A stretch of DNA of 20,000 bases from IMG/VR virus record IMGVR_UViG_3300032181_000411; one strand, written 5' to 3'. A program made the position numbers and the translations under genes. Origin of the DNA: an uncultured virus (IMG/VR IMGVR_UViG_3300032181_000411) (Duplodnaviria; Heunggongvirae; Uroviricota; Caudoviricetes). The first letter of the stretch is position 1; every line of letters begins with the position of its first letter. The notes below the pieces were generated by a model. The model worked only from the letters and a program-made list of their open reading frames with translations. It was not told the DNA's origin and did not search any database. Below, piece by piece: positions 1-6,946 of this stretch.

Positions 1-162
1 AAAATTAACGTCACTAATCTATCCGACTTTAATAGATTAAAACTTCCCGCATGGGAAAGCGAAGCCAAGTTCTCAGAATATGCCACTCCTGTTGTAGGAA
101 CTACTATTCTTCTCAACGGTGCTTGGAAAACCTGGACTGGCAGTAAATATACAGGAATTTAA
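1..162 (+). CDS. Partial small hypothetical protein (5' truncated), probably virion/fiber-associated
   Basis: Frame 1 is open from base 1 to TAA at 160-162: KINVTNLSDFNRLKLPAWESEAKFSEYATPVVGTTILLNGAWKTWTGSKYTGI. It loosely shares the L-P...G-x-x-I...W/Y-x-G-S/T module with the next two ORFs. Confidence 0.6.
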   Translation, partial: KINVTNLSDFNRLKLPAWESEAKFSEYATPVVGTTILLNGAWKTWTGSKYTGI

Positions 163-164
163 CT

Positions 165-344
165 ATGTCAACTGTTAACGCGAATCAGATTTCTCTACCT
201 CAAAACGCTAGGTTGAGATTACCGAACTACACTACAGCACAAAGAAATGCTTTAACACCAATAGCTGGTGATGTGATTTATAATACCTCAGATAGTAATA
301 TAAATTATTACACAGGTACACAGTGGAAAGCAGCTAGACTCTAA
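165..344 (+). CDS. 59-aa hypothetical protein (LPNYTTAQR...GDVIYNT...YYTGTQW module), putative virion protein
   Basis: Hand translation, not in the ORF track: MSTVNANQISLPQNARLRLPNYTTAQRNALTPIAGDVIYNTSDSNINYYTGTQWKAARL. It sits tightly between its neighbours (2-nt and 12-nt gaps) and aligns with the N-terminus of the 357 ORF. Confidence 0.8.
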   Translation: MSTVNANQISLPQNARLRLPNYTTAQRNALTPIAGDVIYNTSDSNINYYTGTQWKAARL

Positions 345-356
345 GATTAGAATACT

Positions 357-1175
357 ATGTCAACTCTATCAGCAACGAATATTAATATTTTTAAAAATTT
401 TAATATTCCATATTATACATCATCACAAAGAACTAATCTTTCTAGCAAACAAGTTGGAGAGATTATTCTCAACACAGATCTTGGCAAGGTAGAATTTTGG
501 AATGGATCTACTTGGGTAGAGACATCAGTTTTACCAGATTTGTTTGATGATTTTAAAAATAGTTACCCATCTTGGGTCTTGTCTGGTCAGGGAACTAAAC
601 CTTCCTCGTACTACGGAATTAATAGTACAGGACACTTTATTACTGGAAATGCTTTTGGTACTTCATCTTACCCAACTAGAACTGATGGTCTCGAAATTCC
701 TGGTGACATTAGTGTAGTGGTTAGATTTAGCATTGACAAAAACCATGTTTGTGCTGATCATGGAATTGCTTTTTATAAATCTGATGCTACTCCAAGTTGG
801 ACTTGGGGTAACAATAGTTCTAGACATGCTTTCCAGTGGAACTGTTATTACCCATATATCTATCCAGCATCTGGTGGTAGCACATTTATTGCTTATCTCC
901 CTACCCAACAAAATTATTCCAACCAAGTTGTTTACGTTCCATCAACTGGAACAATGAATGTAAAAATTTGGGCAGGAGCAAATACTTATTCTGGAACTCC
1001 TCTTGCTGAGGGTACTAATACTAATTGTCAGTTTGCTAATCTACAAGGAAGTGCTGATACATATGAAGTCGCTTTTGATGCTGACCAAGATAGCACATCC
1101 AACAATTCATATTTCTGGGACGTTAGTATCAAAGCATTTGATGGAGTCGTCGGTGATGAACCAGGACCTCCATAA
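357..1175 (+). CDS. Putative virion structural / fiber-like protein with the shared N-terminal module and a beta-rich C-terminal domain
   Basis: 272-aa ORF. N-terminus IPYYTSSQR...GEIILNTD...FWNGSTW; the remainder is S/T/G/N/aromatic-rich. It lies upstream of the neck genes, where cyanomyoviruses carry variable fiber genes. Function is inferred. Confidence 0.6.
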   Translation: MSTLSATNINIFKNFNIPYYTSSQRTNLSSKQVGEIILNTDLGKVEFWNGSTWVETSVLPDLFDDFKNSYPSWVLSGQGTKPSSYYGINSTGHFITGNAFGTSSYPTRTDGLEIPGDISVVVRFSIDKNHVCADHGIAFYKSDATPSWTWGNNSSRHAFQWNCYYPYIYPASGGSTFIAYLPTQQNYSNQVVYVPSTGTMNVKIWAGANTYSGTPLAEGTNTNCQFANLQGSADTYEVAFDADQDSTSNNSYFWDVSIKAFDGVVGDEPGPP

Positions 1176-1178
1176 ATA
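1172..1178 (+). promoter_or_regulatory. T4-type late promoter ATAAATA
   Basis: Matches the T4 gp55 late -10 core (TATAAATA/TAAATA) and ends about 28 nt before ATG 1206. Confidence 0.7.
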
Positions 1179-1205
1179 TAATCATAGATCATTTTTTATT
1201 AAAAC

Positions 1206-1397
1206 ATGGACACTGAACAACTAAGACAAAACTTTAACGATCAGCTCGCTAATGCTGATAAGCAGATTGCTGAGTTAGAAGCAAATTTAGTTAAAGCAAA
1301 AGAATATAAACTAAAACTACTAGGTGGTTTGGAGACCTTAGACCTGCTAAACCCACCCACTACTGAAGAAGCAGTAGAAGAAAATGGCGAAGGTTGA
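1206..1397 (+). CDS. Small coiled-coil hypothetical protein
   Basis: 63 aa with a heptad pattern (QLANADKQIAELEANLVKAKEYKLKL) and an acidic tail; preceded by a late promoter. Confidence 0.8.
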   Translation: MDTEQLRQNFNDQLANADKQIAELEANLVKAKEYKLKLLGGLETLDLLNPPTTEEAVEENGEG

Positions 1398-1971
1398 TCT
1401 CTTTTCAACCCCACTACATACATTTGATTTAAAACTGGATACTAATAGACTACTAAATGCAGTCGAAGAGTTTCGAGCAAGTAACCCGCCCTTAGATTCC
1501 AATAAGGACGGGTCTTCTAATGTTGGGGGACAACAGATAGAGAGTACTAGCAGCGATGGATTTAATGACCCAGAGTTATTTCAAGAAATAGCAAATATTT
1601 TACCATCACTAGGATTTGTATATACTCAAGAAACGGGCGTCTCTTTTTGGTCGTGGATTAATATAAATTCCAAAGGATCTTATAATAAACGACATACACA
1701 TATCAATACAAATTTTGTAGTTTGTGGTGTTTATTATGTACAGTGTCCAGAGAATTCGGGACCTATAAGATTCTGGGATCCTAGAGGAAGACTCCCATCT
1801 GAAATGAGATACGAACCCTGGGCAACACGCCCTTTCGTAGATTACACTCCAAAAACTAACGAGCTACTTCTTTTCCCATCATGGTTAGAGCATGAAGTAT
1901 TGCCTAGTTCCTGTGATGGGGAGAGGATTTCTATAGCCTTCAATGTTCTGAAACGTTCGGTCCCTAAATAG
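1384..1971 (+). CDS. 2OG-Fe(II) oxygenase superfamily protein (TIGR02466-like)
   Basis: Motifs SWININ..GSYNKRHTH, GVYYV, GPIRFWDPR, LLLFPSWLEHEV and RISIAFN are characteristic of this family. Confidence 0.88.
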   Translation: MAKVDLFSTPLHTFDLKLDTNRLLNAVEEFRASNPPLDSNKDGSSNVGGQQIESTSSDGFNDPELFQEIANILPSLGFVYTQETGVSFWSWININSKGSYNKRHTHINTNFVVCGVYYVQCPENSGPIRFWDPRGRLPSEMRYEPWATRPFVDYTPKTNELLLFPSWLEHEVLPSSCDGERISIAFNVLKRSVPK

Positions 1972-1986
1972 AAGTAGGGAACTTTT
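1961..1986 (+). terminator. Putative intrinsic terminator hairpin overlapping a late promoter (CTAAATA 1964-1970)
   Basis: TCCCTA (1961-1966) pairs with TAGGGA (1975-1980) and is followed by ACTTTT. TAAATA ends about 28 nt before the gp13 ATG. Confidence 0.55.
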
Positions 1987-1997
1987 GCGTGGAATAA

Positions 1998-2828
1998 ATG
2001 GCAACGCCAAGCAGTAGAGCAGAACTTATATCTTATTGTAAGAGACAATTAGGCGAGCCTGTTCTTCAGGTCAACATTGCTGACGAACAAGTCAGTGATG
2101 TAATTGACGATGCTATCCAATTCTATCACGAACATCATTTTGATGGTCTTGAAAGAATGTATCTCAAACACAATATTACAGATTTAGATGTTGCTAGATT
2201 TACCACCCAAAATGAAGTCACTCAAACTGTAGACCCAGATGCCACTGGATGGGAGCATAGAAAGAATTTTCTAGAAATTCCTGATCATGTAATGGGTATC
2301 AGTAAAGTATTTGGTGTTTCATCAAACTTTGTTCGTAACAGTTTGTTTGGTATGACCAATCAGTATTTTCTGATGGACATGTTCTCTTTTTCTAATGGAT
2401 TCAAGATGGGGAACTTTGACTTAACCAACTATTTCATGGTTAAGCAATACTTCGAAACCCTAGATATGGTTATCAATACTGGGGGATTTGTTGAATATAG
2501 ATTCACCAAGAGACAAGACAGATTATATCTTGACATTGATGTCAATAGATTAAAAGAAGGAAACTGGATTTTAATTGACTGCTGGGGTGCTGTAGATCCA
2601 GATACTTACACCCAAGTATATAACGATACGTTTGTCAAACGATATGCCACATCTCTAATGAAGAGACAGTGGGGAGCAAACCTAATCAAATATAATAACG
2701 TTCAACTTCCTGGTGGCATCACTCTCAATGGTCGTCAGATCTGGGAAGATGGCAACAATGAAGTTCAAGCACTTGAAGCAGAAATGCTTTCCAAGTACTC
2801 CCTCCCACCAATGGATATGATCGGATAA
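1998..2828 (+). CDS. gp13: Neck protein gp13 (T4-like)
   Basis: N-terminus SRAELISYCKRQLGEPVLQVNI; C-terminus VKRYATSLMKRQWGANLIKYNNVQLPGGITLNG; synteny with gp14/gp15. Confidence 0.93.
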   Translation: MATPSSRAELISYCKRQLGEPVLQVNIADEQVSDVIDDAIQFYHEHHFDGLERMYLKHNITDLDVARFTTQNEVTQTVDPDATGWEHRKNFLEIPDHVMGISKVFGVSSNFVRNSLFGMTNQYFLMDMFSFSNGFKMGNFDLTNYFMVKQYFETLDMVINTGGFVEYRFTKRQDRLYLDIDVNRLKEGNWILIDCWGAVDPDTYTQVYNDTFVKRYATSLMKRQWGANLIKYNNVQLPGGITLNGRQIWEDGNNEVQALEAEMLSKYSLPPMDMIG

Positions 2829-2829
2829 G

Positions 2830-3708
2830 ATGCCTACTAGTCCCTATTTTCCAACATATTATCAAGGAGATTCTGGAGAGCAAAACCTCTATCAGGATCT
2901 AGTTGACGAGCAGATTAAACTGTTCGGATCGGATATCTATTACATGCCCAGGACAATCCTGAAAGACAATACTCTAGATGACATCATCTATTCCAAGTAT
3001 GAGTCACAATTTCAGATTGAAATGCTCCTAGAAAATGTAACAGGATTTGGAGATACATCTGAATTTATCAGTAAGTTTGGTCTACGTATTACAGACGAAG
3101 TAAAGTTCCGTGTGTCTACGAGGCGCTGGACAGAAGCTTCTAGTGGATACAACTTAACTGTTAATGGAAGACCAAACGAGGGAGACCTTTTATATTTCCC
3201 ACTGACACAAGACTTGTATGAAATCAAATTTGTAGAAAGAGAGAATCCTTTTTACCAGTTTGGAAAAATTCAATTCTACACGATGACTGCTGAAATCTAC
3301 GAAATCGGTAGTGATAATATTTCCACAGGTGTTGCTGAGATTGATGAAATTGAAACTCTGTTTAGTTCTGCTATCGCTCTTACTATGGCAGTTGGTGGTA
3401 CTGATGACTTCACCGTTGGAGAGACCGTTACAGGAAGCACAACTGGAATTACAGCAGAGGTGAAGTCCTGGGATGCCGCTACTAGAGTTTTACAAGTGAT
3501 CAATAGAACAGGAACCTTTGCTCAAGGTGAGGCTATGACTGGAGATGATAGTGGTGCTGTTCACGTAGTAGGTACATTTGACACTCTAAATAATACGAAC
3601 AGCGAGTACGATCAAAATTACGAGATCGAACAAGCAGCTGACAACCTCATCGACTGGGGAGAAGTTAATCCCTTTGGTGAGTACGGTAACTTTATGGATT
3701 CATTCTAA
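2830..3708 (+). CDS. gp14: Neck protein gp14 (head closure)
   Basis: EQNLYQDLVDEQIKLFGSDIYYMPR, SKFGL, RPNEGDLLYFP, YEIKFVE..NPFYQFG and C-terminal EVNPFG; synteny. Confidence 0.93.
   Translation: MPTSPYFPTYYQGDSGEQNLYQDLVDEQIKLFGSDIYYMPRTILKDNTLDDIIYSKYESQFQIEMLLENVTGFGDTSEFISKFGLRITDEVKFRVSTRRWTEASSGYNLTVNGRPNEGDLLYFPLTQDLYEIKFVERENPFYQFGKIQFYTMTAEIYEIGSDNISTGVAEIDEIETLFSSAIALTMAVGGTDDFTVGETVTGSTTGITAEVKSWDAATRVLQVINRTGTFAQGEAMTGDDSGAVHVVGTFDTLNNTNSEYDQNYEIEQAADNLIDWGEVNPFGEYGNFMDSF
3586..3592 (+). promoter_or_regulatory. Possible late promoter CTAAATA inside gp14, upstream of gp15
   Basis: TAAATA core about 115 nt upstream of the gp15 ATG; intragenic, so less certain. Confidence 0.4.
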
Positions 3709-4511
3709 TGCTAGGCCAACACTTCTATAACGAAGCAATACGTAAGACGGTTATTGGTTTCGGTACATTATTCAACAACATCGAACTCAAGAAAGTAGAT
3801 CCCAACACAGGTGACGTGTTGGAGGTTGAAAAGGTTCCTCTTGCTTATGGTCCCAAGCAGAAGTTCTTGACACGTCTAGAACAAAATCCTGATGTGGGAA
3901 GAAAAGTTGCTATTACTTTACCACGTCTATACTTTGAGATGACAAGCATCAATTATGATGCTGCCAGAAAAACAAGTCCTGTACAGAAGTACAGAACAGT
4001 TATCAATGATGACGGCACAGAAGTTAAGTCACAGTATGTTCCAGTTCCATACGATATGGAATTTGAACTAGGAATCATTGCTAAAAATCAAGACGATGGT
4101 CTTCAGATTATTGAGCAAATCTTACCATTCTTCCAACCCAACTTTAATATCACTCTCAACATGATTAGTGATATGGATGAGAAAAGAGATATTGCTATTG
4201 TGTTAAACAATATCAACTATGAAGATGATTGGGATGATAATTTCTTAGATCGTAGAAGTATTGTGTGGTCATTGAATTTTACTGCTAAGTCTTACATCTA
4301 CGGTCCTTATAGTAATAGTGGTATTATTCGTAAGGCAACTATTTACGAATCACTTGGAGACCTTGAGCAGAGTAGAAGAACTGCTGCCTATAGTTACTCA
4401 CCTAAGGCACTAGAAGATAAAGATGGAGATGGAGTTATCACTGCTGCTGATGATGAACTAGTCATCTCTACCGATGACTTTGGATTTAATGAGGGGATTG
4501 AAATCTTATGA
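3708..4511 (+). CDS. gp15: Tail sheath stabilizer / tail terminator gp15
   Basis: FYNEAIRKTVIGFGTLFNNI, KVPLAYGPKQKF, ITLPRLYFE and QIIEQILPFFQP motifs; TAATG overlap with gp14. Confidence 0.93.
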   Translation: MLGQHFYNEAIRKTVIGFGTLFNNIELKKVDPNTGDVLEVEKVPLAYGPKQKFLTRLEQNPDVGRKVAITLPRLYFEMTSINYDAARKTSPVQKYRTVINDDGTEVKSQYVPVPYDMEFELGIIAKNQDDGLQIIEQILPFFQPNFNITLNMISDMDEKRDIAIVLNNINYEDDWDDNFLDRRSIVWSLNFTAKSYIYGPYSNSGIIRKATIYESLGDLEQSRRTAAYSYSPKALEDKDGDGVITAADDELVISTDDFGFNEGIEIL

Positions 4512-4921
4512 GCAAGTTTGAAGATAATATGGAAGACATGTTCGACATCGAAGTCGAGTCGTCAGATGTTGAACCTAAGAAACCACCTATTCCAAAACAA
4601 AAAGATGATCAGGATGCTGACTACGAGTATACCCGTGGTCAGTTGTACAACTTAATAATGAAAGGTCAGGAGGCGCTAGACGGCGCTCTAGAGGTTGCTC
4701 AGGAGTCTGGACACCCTAGGGCATATGAAGTCGCTGTAAACGCCATGAAGCAGGTAGCAGACACCACTGACAAGCTCATGGAATTACAGAAGAGAATGAA
4801 AGACCTCGAAGCACCAACAAAACAAAAAGCAGGTAATACTACCAACAATTTATTTGTAGGTAGTACAGCAGATCTTCAAAAAATGCTCAAGCAAATAAAT
4901 AAAGATAAATCAGATGAGTAA
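4508..4921 (+). CDS. gp16: Terminase small subunit gp16
   Basis: DYEYTRGQLY, HPRAYEV and NNLFVGSTADLQKML are T4 gp16-family motifs. Confidence 0.93.
   Translation: MSKFEDNMEDMFDIEVESSDVEPKKPPIPKQKDDQDADYEYTRGQLYNLIMKGQEALDGALEVAQESGHPRAYEVAVNAMKQVADTTDKLMELQKRMKDLEAPTKQKAGNTTNNLFVGSTADLQKMLKQINKDKSDE
4895..4901 (+). promoter_or_regulatory. Late promoter ATAAATA
   Basis: Within the 3' end of gp16, ending 13 or 22 nt before ATG 4914 or 4923. Confidence 0.55.
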
Positions 4922-5159
4922 CATGGCAACCCACGTACCAAATACAGAAGACGTTTTTTTCAACGTTGAATATGCCAGAAGAGTGAAAGCAACTCTCATA
5001 GCAGATCAGGTTATGGAGATTATAGTTAAAGGTGAGAATGGAATTGTATCTTCCAGGTTCCAATTACCTCCAAAAGAAGAAGTTTTTTTCAATAAAGGAG
5101 CATCCGATTATATTTTTGCTCCCCATAGAGCTGTCGTACAAGTAGAGAAAGTCTTCTAA
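4914..5159 (+). CDS. Small hypothetical protein (paralog 1 of a beta-rich triplet); start may be 4923
   Basis: 81-aa ORF containing ARRVK...FQLPPKEEVFFNKGASD, resembling the next two ORFs. Confidence 0.75.
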   Translation: MSNMATHVPNTEDVFFNVEYARRVKATLIADQVMEIIVKGENGIVSSRFQLPPKEEVFFNKGASDYIFAPHRAVVQVEKVF

Positions 5160-5165
5160 TAAATA
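5159..5165 (+). promoter_or_regulatory. Late promoter ATAAATA
   Basis: Intergenic, ending 23 nt before ATG 5188; followed by a purine-rich RBS-like GGGAGAG. Confidence 0.65.
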
Positions 5166-5187
5166 AGAAAAAGGATAAGGGAGAGTC

Positions 5188-5634
5188 ATGATCATCAGAC
5201 CACAAGGTAAAGTAACGGTAGTTGATGGAACCACAATTACTGGTGATCATTCTGTTGCGCTTGCAACAGCAGTTCATTTGAAAACAAAAGAACTGTATCG
5301 TGCTCGCTGGATCAAAGTAACAAATGCCACCGATGCTCGTATCGTAGCAAGAAGAACCAAGATTCAAGCTATTGATCCTGCCACTGGAGAACCAACTCAT
5401 TTTGAAGTTATCCAAAACGTAGAAACAGATAACTATCCATCAATGGTTATTGAATCTGGAGAAACTGTATATCTCGAAAAGAATCCTGGTCAGACTCCTA
5501 TTGAGGATCCCCAAGGTCCAACATACGAAATTGTTCAAATAGATCAGAACGGACAAGTCTATTCGTTGTTCCAAGTTGATGGTGCTCCCACTTCTGGTAA
5601 TGTCTATGTCTCCCCTGTAGCAATCCTAGGATGA
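5188..5634 (+). CDS. Hypothetical protein (paralog 2, with insertions)
   Basis: 148-aa ORF with RBS and late promoter; ARWIKVTN...SMVIESGETVYLEKNP...VYVSPVAILG. Confidence 0.8.
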   Translation: MIIRPQGKVTVVDGTTITGDHSVALATAVHLKTKELYRARWIKVTNATDARIVARRTKIQAIDPATGEPTHFEVIQNVETDNYPSMVIESGETVYLEKNPGQTPIEDPQGPTYEIVQIDQNGQVYSLFQVDGAPTSGNVYVSPVAILG

Positions 5635-5900
5635 ACGTAATCAAACTCTTGGGTCAAGCAACTCAACTCACCACAACACCAGATACCGTTGACTCTGGCG
5701 AAAGAATTCTCTGTCAGCATAACCATGCTGGTGGTAACGCTCATCTAATTATCCACAAGAATGCTGGTGGCGATGTGCTTGGTAGTTTCTACCTTGCTCC
5801 ACACAGACCAGTTGTTATTGATAAGCAACCTACTGATACGTTGGAAACTGAAGCGGCAGTTACTGACATCTATGCCACATCTATCGCTCACATGGGGTAA
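5631..5900 (+). CDS. Hypothetical protein (paralog 3)
   Basis: 89 aa with an ATGA overlap; GDVLGSFYLAPHRPVVIDKQPTDTL...IYATSIAHMG. Confidence 0.8.
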   Translation: MNVIKLLGQATQLTTTPDTVDSGERILCQHNHAGGNAHLIIHKNAGGDVLGSFYLAPHRPVVIDKQPTDTLETEAAVTDIYATSIAHMG

Positions 5901-5905
5901 TAAAT

Positions 5906-6187
5906 ATGAAGTCGTTTAAAGATCTGAGGCATGACCTCCAAGAAGCAGCCTGGACAAGGAAAGAAGGAAAGTCCAAGTCAGGCGGACTCAACGAAAAAGG
6001 ACGGAAGTCTTACGAGAGAGAAAATCCTGGATCAGACCTTAAGGCACCATCAAAGAAGGTTGGAAATCCCCGTAGGAAATCCTTCTGTGCTCGAATGAAA
6101 GGTATGAAAGCGAAGTTGACTTCCAAGAAGACAGCACGTGATCCAGACTCCCGTATTAACAAATCCTTACGTGCCTGGAATTGTTGA
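5906..6187 (+). CDS. Basic putative virion (internal head) protein, DUF6321-like
   Basis: AWTRKEGKSKSGGLNEKGR...RRKSFCARM...DPDSRINKSLRAWNC is a pattern I recall from T4-like cyanophages. The N-terminus MKSFKDL...LQE resembles a capsid-targeting leader. Confidence 0.75.
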   Translation: MKSFKDLRHDLQEAAWTRKEGKSKSGGLNEKGRKSYERENPGSDLKAPSKKVGNPRRKSFCARMKGMKAKLTSKKTARDPDSRINKSLRAWNC

Positions 6188-6222
6188 CCTGAATAGATAT
6201 AATTACATTATTAGAATGGCAT

Positions 6223-6378
6223 ATGGAAATGAGACTAAACTCCGACGACATTGCACGGTTGATTCGTGCCTGTGAAATGTACAAGGACTACACTGGATCA
6301 GAATATATGTGGGATGAATATGATCGTCTTGAAAAAAAATTGATGTATTACGAAGAAGAAAATTGCCCTGAGGACTAG
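6223..6378 (+). CDS. 51-aa hypothetical protein
   Basis: Hand translation: MEMRLNSDDIARLIRACEMYKDYTGSEYMWDEYDRLEKKLMYYEEENCPED (alternative start 6229). It is preceded by TAGATA/TATAAT and its stop abuts the next start. Confidence 0.75.
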   Translation: MEMRLNSDDIARLIRACEMYKDYTGSEYMWDEYDRLEKKLMYYEEENCPED

Positions 6379-6602
6379 GTGTATCGAGAACCTCACTTAA
6401 ATGAGAAGAATGCTGAATGTGCCAAACTGTGGCATGAATGGTATAGCTTGTTTCTAAAAAAGCATTAGGGGCACCAGACGTTAGACAGCAATGGTGCCAG
6501 TGCTGTGATGAACTCAGTGAGATGTTAAGTCAGGAAGTCAAGACAAACCCACGTTACAATAAGCTTCGGAGCAACTTGAATACGCCTGAACCTGATAGAT
6601 AA
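6379..6602 (+). CDS. Hypothetical protein split across two frames: 29 aa in frame 0 (6379-6468), 74 aa after a -1 shift at 6456-6462
   Basis: GTG start with GAGGA upstream gives MYREPHLNEKNAECAKLWHEWYSLFLKKH*. The -1 frame continues ALGAPDVRQQWCQCCDELSEMLSQEVKTNPRYNKLRSNLNTPEPDR* (TAA 6600-6602), filling the gap up to petE. Confidence 0.7.
6456..6506 (+). promoter_or_regulatory. Candidate -1 programmed ribosomal frameshift signal (slippery heptamer plus hairpin/pseudoknot)
   Basis: In-phase A_AAA_AAG at 6456-6462; 7-nt spacer; stem 1 GGCACCA (6470-6476)/TGGTGCC (6492-6498); stem 2 ACAGCA (6485-6490)/TGCTGT (6501-6506). Confidence 0.7.
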
Positions 6603-6622
6603 GGTAGTTGCTATAAAGTTAT

Positions 6623-6946
6623 ATGAAGTTTATTCTAGGACTTCTAGCCACAATGTTTCTTGCCCTCCCAGCGTGGGCAGTCGATGTCCAAATGGGATAC
6701 GACGGAAACCTCGTTTTCGAACCAGCCGAAGTTACCATTTCCGCTGGTGAGTCAGTTCATTTTGTTAATAATATGCTTCCTCCTCATAATGTAGTAGTGG
6801 AAGATCATCCAGAGATTTCACACGAAGGTCTCGCTATGATGCCTGGTGAAGAGTTCGATGTTGAATTTACCGAAGCAGGTGACTATACTTACTGGTGTGG
6901 TCCCCATAAGGGGGCTGGTATGATCGGTACAGTACACGTAGAATGA
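6623..6946 (+). CDS. petE: Plastocyanin (with signal peptide)
   Basis: Signal peptide ending AWA; LVFEP, NNMLPPHNVV and YTYWCGPHKGAGMIG supply the H, C, H, M type-1 copper ligands. Confidence 0.96.
   Translation: MKFILGLLATMFLALPAWAVDVQMGYDGNLVFEPAEVTISAGESVHFVNNMLPPHNVVVEDHPEISHEGLAMMPGEEFDVEFTEAGDYTYWCGPHKGAGMIGTVHVE

Noticed and set aside
6184..6217. TTGACC as a sigma70 -35 element
   Set aside because: Spacing to TATAAT (8 nt) or TAGAAT (22 nt) does not fit the 16-18-nt requirement.
6409..6450. AECAKLWHEW loosely resembles the CP12 ECAAAWDxVEE motif
   Set aside because: It lacks AWDxVEEL and the C-terminal CP12 C-x8-C...YD/E motif, so the match is too weak to call CP12.
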